Shown here one piece after another: positions 36,369-40,050 of a stretch of DNA of 40,050 nucleotides. This DNA is from Gemmatimonadota bacterium (lineage in GTDB: Bacteria; Gemmatimonadota; Gemmatimonadetes; Gemmatimonadales; GWC2-71-9), in assembly GCA_039586365.1 (NCBI GenBank), contig JBDHKN010000063.1:1-40050 (forward strand), in the 5' to 3' direction. Both the position numbers and the translations under genes were made by a program. The first letter of the stretch is position 1. Each line of letters starts with the position of its first letter. Below the pieces are notes generated by a model. The model was given only the letters and a program-made list of their open reading frames with translations, searched no databases and had not been told where the DNA came from.

Positions 36369-37853
36369 CTAGATACCTGGCGGAACGCTGGGATCCAGCG
36401 GCTTCGCCAGGTTCGGGTTGCCCTCATACTCCTGGAGTGGGATCGGGAAGCAGGTCCACGGACCGTAGTCACCCCACTGGGTGACGGGGTGAGTGCCCGT
36501 GGGGAAGTAGCTGCCGCCCGCAAACGGACCGTTGCCAGGGTCGAACCGCGTCCAGCGGCGCAGGTCGCCTGTCCGGAACCCGCCCATGAAGAGGTCCTTG
36601 GCGCGCTGTCTCCGCAACTCGTCGATCAGATCCTGACCCGTAAGTCCCACTGCGGCCGCCTGGTTGCCGACCGCGCGGCGGGTGTTCACGAAGGCCAACA
36701 CCGCGGCATCGTTGCCACTCTGCATGGCGAGGGCCTCGTAGTAATGATGTTGCGCCTCCGTGTAGTCCGCTAACAGGAAGTCGGTGTCATACTCGGCGAT
36801 CAGAGGCATGTCGTCCTCGTCGGTGCCCGTGCAGGTAGGACAAGCCGCGGACGACGGCGCGATCGTCTCACCGGTGTAGTCGGCCCACCGCAGTCCCTGG
36901 AACAGCTTGTACAGCGGGGTCAGGGCGTTGTGACCCGTCCTGTCCGACGGCCAGTGCTGAATCCGCGGATCGGTCTGCGGGTCAACCACGTTATCCGTGA
37001 ACTGTAGTCCTGTCCCGTCGAAACTCGGGTGGGTGCCCGTGAACCAGGGGTGAATACCCTTGTTGAAGTTGCCGCCGTGGCTGGTATTCTGCAGCGGATT
37101 GCGCGCCCCCGATATGTCAATGTACTCCAGCCAATACTCGAACCCCGCGGTTACCTGCGAGGCAAACGTGGCGGCATCGGACCATTCTCCCCGGCCCAAA
37201 TGGGCGCGGGCGAGCCCCAAACGAGCCAGGTTGGCTATATCGGACAGGCCCTCCGTGGTGGCGATGCTGAGGGCCTCCTGGAGGTACGGAAGCGCAACCG
37301 CGTAGTTTTCCGCGTTCGACAGCACCGTGCCGCTGGGCTCGTCGGGAACGGGCGATATCACCGTCTGGCACATGTGGTCGGCCTGGATCACAGCCGCGTA
37401 TCCCGCGAACACCAGGGCCGTCGCTAGCGGCTCTTCGTAGTCGACATCCGGGTCGGCGATCTCCTGCTTCCAGACCCTGATCTGCTCCGCCAGGTCGTTA
37501 CCCTGACGCAGAGCTCTGTGGGTCTGCTCCCAGATGGCATTGGTCGGACCCTCGAGGTAGCTGATGATGCGCTGGCTCACCCTGGCGTAGTCTTCCCAGT
37601 TGAGCCCGGTCAGTACCTCGTCCGTGTGATAGTTGCCGAACTCCAGGATCGGGTCGTCCAGCGCCGACTTGAACATGCCGATGACGCCGTTCACCTGAAC
37701 CTCCATGAGCGACGGATCTTCCAGCTGGTCCAGCGCCAACTCCTCAGGGTTGTCCACCTGCAGCAGCTCGTCGGCTATGTCGCACGCCGGGAAGAGGGCA
37801 AGGACGGCACTCATCGCAAGCATCCCTACCCATCGAGTGTATTTCCGTCTCAT
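36369..37853 (-). CDS. RagB/SusD family outer-membrane lipoprotein
   Basis: AAGGAGG RBS, signal ending LFPAC, TPR-like ARLGLARAHL, ELRRQRAKDLFMGGFRTGDLRR, FPIPLQEYEGNPNL. Confidence 0.92.
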   Translation of the reverse strand: MRRKYTRWVGMLAMSAVLALFPACDIADELLQVDNPEELALDQLEDPSLMEVQVNGVIGMFKSALDDPILEFGNYHTDEVLTGLNWEDYARVSQRIISYLEGPTNAIWEQTHRALRQGNDLAEQIRVWKQEIADPDVDYEEPLATALVFAGYAAVIQADHMCQTVISPVPDEPSGTVLSNAENYAVALPYLQEALSIATTEGLSDIANLARLGLARAHLGRGEWSDAATFASQVTAGFEYWLEYIDISGARNPLQNTSHGGNFNKGIHPWFTGTHPSFDGTGLQFTDNVVDPQTDPRIQHWPSDRTGHNALTPLYKLFQGLRWADYTGETIAPSSAACPTCTGTDEDDMPLIAEYDTDFLLADYTEAQHHYYEALAMQSGNDAAVLAFVNTRRAVGNQAAAVGLTGQDLIDELRRQRAKDLFMGGFRTGDLRRWTRFDPGNGPFAGGSYFPTGTHPVTQWGDYGPWTCFPIPLQEYEGNPNLAKPLDPSVPPGI

Positions 37854-37867
37854 TATCGCGCCCTCCT

Positions 37868-40050
37868 TTAGAAGCTGACCCGCATTGATGCCGTCAGACG
37901 GCGGGTCTGCGGCGTCGATGCGTAGTCCAGCCGGCTGAATGTGGAGTTCGAATTGAACTGCACCTCCGGATCGCCATATCCCTTGTACTTGGTCCAGATC
38001 CACAGGTTGCGGCCCGCTAGCGTGAAACTCCAGCGGCTGGACGCGAAGATCGAGCCCCAGCTCTGCGGTAGCGAGTAGGTCAACGACAACTCGCGGAACT
38101 TGATGAAGTCGGCCTGGCTGATGTGGCTTATAGTCTGCAGTGACCTGAGCGCCTCGACATCGGCGGCGGACACGTCCGGATTCAGCTCGGTGCCACCCGT
38201 GTTCACGTCCCAGGTGTTGCGATCGATCCGGCTGTTGATCGAGCAGATGGCGCACCACTGATAGTGGCCACCCTTGTAGTCGAAGTGGGCGAAGATCCTG
38301 AGGTTGCCCAAGATCGTAAGCGTGTTGGTGAGTCCGATCTCACGCGTGGGTAGTGACGGACCCATGTAGATGTCGTCACACTCCGCCTCCTGGCTCCAGG
38401 TGGGATCGTCCGGAGCCCAACGGCAGCTCGACTGCACTGTGGGGTCACCGTCGGCCGGGTCGGTCACGATGTTGCCGGCATCATCCCGCAGCACCACCGC
38501 ACCCTGCTCGTCCCGTTCCACGTCGACGGCCCAGAACGCACCCATCGGATAACCTTCCCGATGCCGCTGCACGTCGGCGAAGGAACCGAAGACGATCTCG
38601 GGCAGCGCCCCGTTGAACGAAACCAACTCGTTGTTGTTGGTGGCAAATGATAGGGTCGCGTCCCACGCCAACGCACGGGAGTAAATCGGCGATGCCGAAA
38701 GCAGTACCTCGATACCGCTGTTCGAGATCTCACCGATGTTCGTCAGGTGACTACCCGTGTAACCGGTCGAGCCGGGATCGGCCAGGCTAATCAACGCATC
38801 CTTGGTGCTCTGGTTGTAGTAGGTGAACTCGAGACCTACCCGGCCGCCCAACATGGAAGCGTCGAACCCGGTCTCCCATTCCTGGCCGGTCTCGGCCTTG
38901 AGGTCGGGGTTGCCGTACTCAGACGTTGCCAGCAGGTTCACCACCTCTCCGTCCAGGGCGGTAGTGCCCTGCGAATAGGTCCGGTCGGCCTCGAACGGCC
39001 CCGGTGCGTTGCCGGCCTTGCCCCAGGCAAACCGCAGCTTCAGCTGCTCCATCCAGCCGAGGTTGTAGAAGTCCTCGTCCGACAACACCCAGGAGACGGA
39101 CGCCTTGGGGTAATACACCAGGGAGAAGTCCGACCCGAACGCCGAGTTGTCGTCGATGCGGAGGGCGGCGGTCACGAACAGGCGGTTGCGCCAGCCGACC
39201 TCTTCCTGCAGGTAGAAACCGAGCGAGGTCTGCTCCGAGAAACTCTCGTCTCCGGTGGTCACCGCTGCCGAACCCACCAGGTTCAGGCTGTTCGAAACCA
39301 ACCCCTCACCCCTCGATGAAGTTGTGCGCCGCTGCCGGGCGTTGAGCTGTATACCGCCCGAGAACCGCGAACTCCAGGTCGGGTTGATGTCGAAATCGAG
39401 TGACGCGGCGTAGTCCACGGTCCACCTGTGGGTGATCGGCAGGAAGTGGCTGATCGTCCCGGTAGCATTGGTGGAACCCCACGGCCGCCGGCCGGTAGTG
39501 TCGATCTGGTAAAAGGTCGTTTGCCGGTAGTTCTGCCTGTCCAACCCCAGTGTGAGCTTGTTCTGGAACCAGCTGAACGGATCCCAGTTGGCCGTCATCC
39601 CGACGGTCATACGCTCGATCTTACGCTGCTGGTTGTACTCGTTGGACAGCGCCGGGCTGAAACCGCACGGGTCGTTATACGCCCGGGCGCGACCGCGGTA
39701 CGCGTTGCGGTTGATGCTGTTGGAGGCGTTGTTGTTGAGCGGCATCTGCAGCGCCGTGCGCGCGTAGCTGAACTGCACCGCCATGTCGAACGTCTCGGCC
39801 ACGTTGAAATCGAAGTTGGCACGGCCCGCCGTGCGACGGGAATAGTTGTTGAAGAACACCCCGTCCTCTTCGTTCCGATTGAACGACACGAAGTAGCTGA
39901 ACGACTGGCCGCCACCGGTGGCCGACAGGTTGTAGTCCAGCGCCTTCCCCTTCCGGATCGTGGCGGGACTCCGCCGCATCGGGTTGTCCTGGATGAGGAA
40001 CTCGTTGGTGCCCGGAATCTGGATCACGTCCTCAGCCGGGATGTCCCAAT
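37868..40050 (-). CDS. SusC/RagA family TonB-dependent transporter (5' end outside window)
   Basis: YNLSATGG, LRIDDNSAFG, YPKASVSW, GNPDLKAE, NIGEISNSGIE, FIKFRELSL, GRNLW, C-terminal Phe. Confidence 0.95.
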   Translation of the reverse strand, partial: WDIPAEDVIQIPGTNEFLIQDNPMRRSPATIRKGKALDYNLSATGGGQSFSYFVSFNRNEEDGVFFNNYSRRTAGRANFDFNVAETFDMAVQFSYARTALQMPLNNNASNSINRNAYRGRARAYNDPCGFSPALSNEYNQQRKIERMTVGMTANWDPFSWFQNKLTLGLDRQNYRQTTFYQIDTTGRRPWGSTNATGTISHFLPITHRWTVDYAASLDFDINPTWSSRFSGGIQLNARQRRTTSSRGEGLVSNSLNLVGSAAVTTGDESFSEQTSLGFYLQEEVGWRNRLFVTAALRIDDNSAFGSDFSLVYYPKASVSWVLSDEDFYNLGWMEQLKLRFAWGKAGNAPGPFEADRTYSQGTTALDGEVVNLLATSEYGNPDLKAETGQEWETGFDASMLGGRVGLEFTYYNQSTKDALISLADPGSTGYTGSHLTNIGEISNSGIEVLLSASPIYSRALAWDATLSFATNNNELVSFNGALPEIVFGSFADVQRHREGYPMGAFWAVDVERDEQGAVVLRDDAGNIVTDPADGDPTVQSSCRWAPDDPTWSQEAECDDIYMGPSLPTREIGLTNTLTILGNLRIFAHFDYKGGHYQWCAICSINSRIDRNTWDVNTGGTELNPDVSAADVEALRSLQTISHISQADFIKFRELSLTYSLPQSWGSIFASSRWSFTLAGRNLWIWTKYKGYGDPEVQFNSNSTFSRLDYASTPQTRRLTASMRVSF

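Noticed and set aside
37854..38258. N-terminal extension of SusD in the ORF track (629 aa)
   Set aside because: Overlaps susC in another frame; the real start is ATG 37853 with AAGGAGG and a lipoprotein signal
39655..39685. Possible small in-frame deletion in susC near NDPCGF
   Set aside because: Only an impression; cannot be supported without an alignment to homologues

Overview
GC-rich bacterial chromosomal segment. Gene content (SusC/SusD pair, stand-alone carboxypeptidase-regulatory/plug protein, LolA, rpsF-rpsR-DUF2232-rplI) suggests a diderm, probably Gemmatimonadota; this is an inference. Left to right: hydantoinase/oxoprolinase A+B; a minus-strand cyclic-nucleotide cluster (Crp regulator, MBL-fold hydrolase, CsgG/TolB-N-TPR protein, a frameshifted ABC-ATPase remnant, GAF/HD-GYP phosphodiesterase); rpmE-prfA-prmC-ylbF-tmk-S41 protease-DUF2520; a long minus-strand run (prs, rplY, pth, ychF, rpsF, rpsR, DUF2232, rplI, DAK2-DegV, rsfS, two SPOR proteins, smc, S8 protease, MBL hydrolase, aroF, lolA); a flavin disulfide reductase; two secreted proteins; susD and a truncated susC. 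No rRNA, tRNA, CRISPR array or transposase was seen. The most interesting signals are: a CRP-type palindrome over the crp stop codon upstream of the MBL hydrolase; a pseudo-ATPase-TM-SPOR gene coupled to smc in a probably leaderless operon; two 10-bp tandem arrays in inverted orientation bracketing prs-rplY-pth-ychF; a (CCCGGCT)10 5' leader; and a CTG start for pth.
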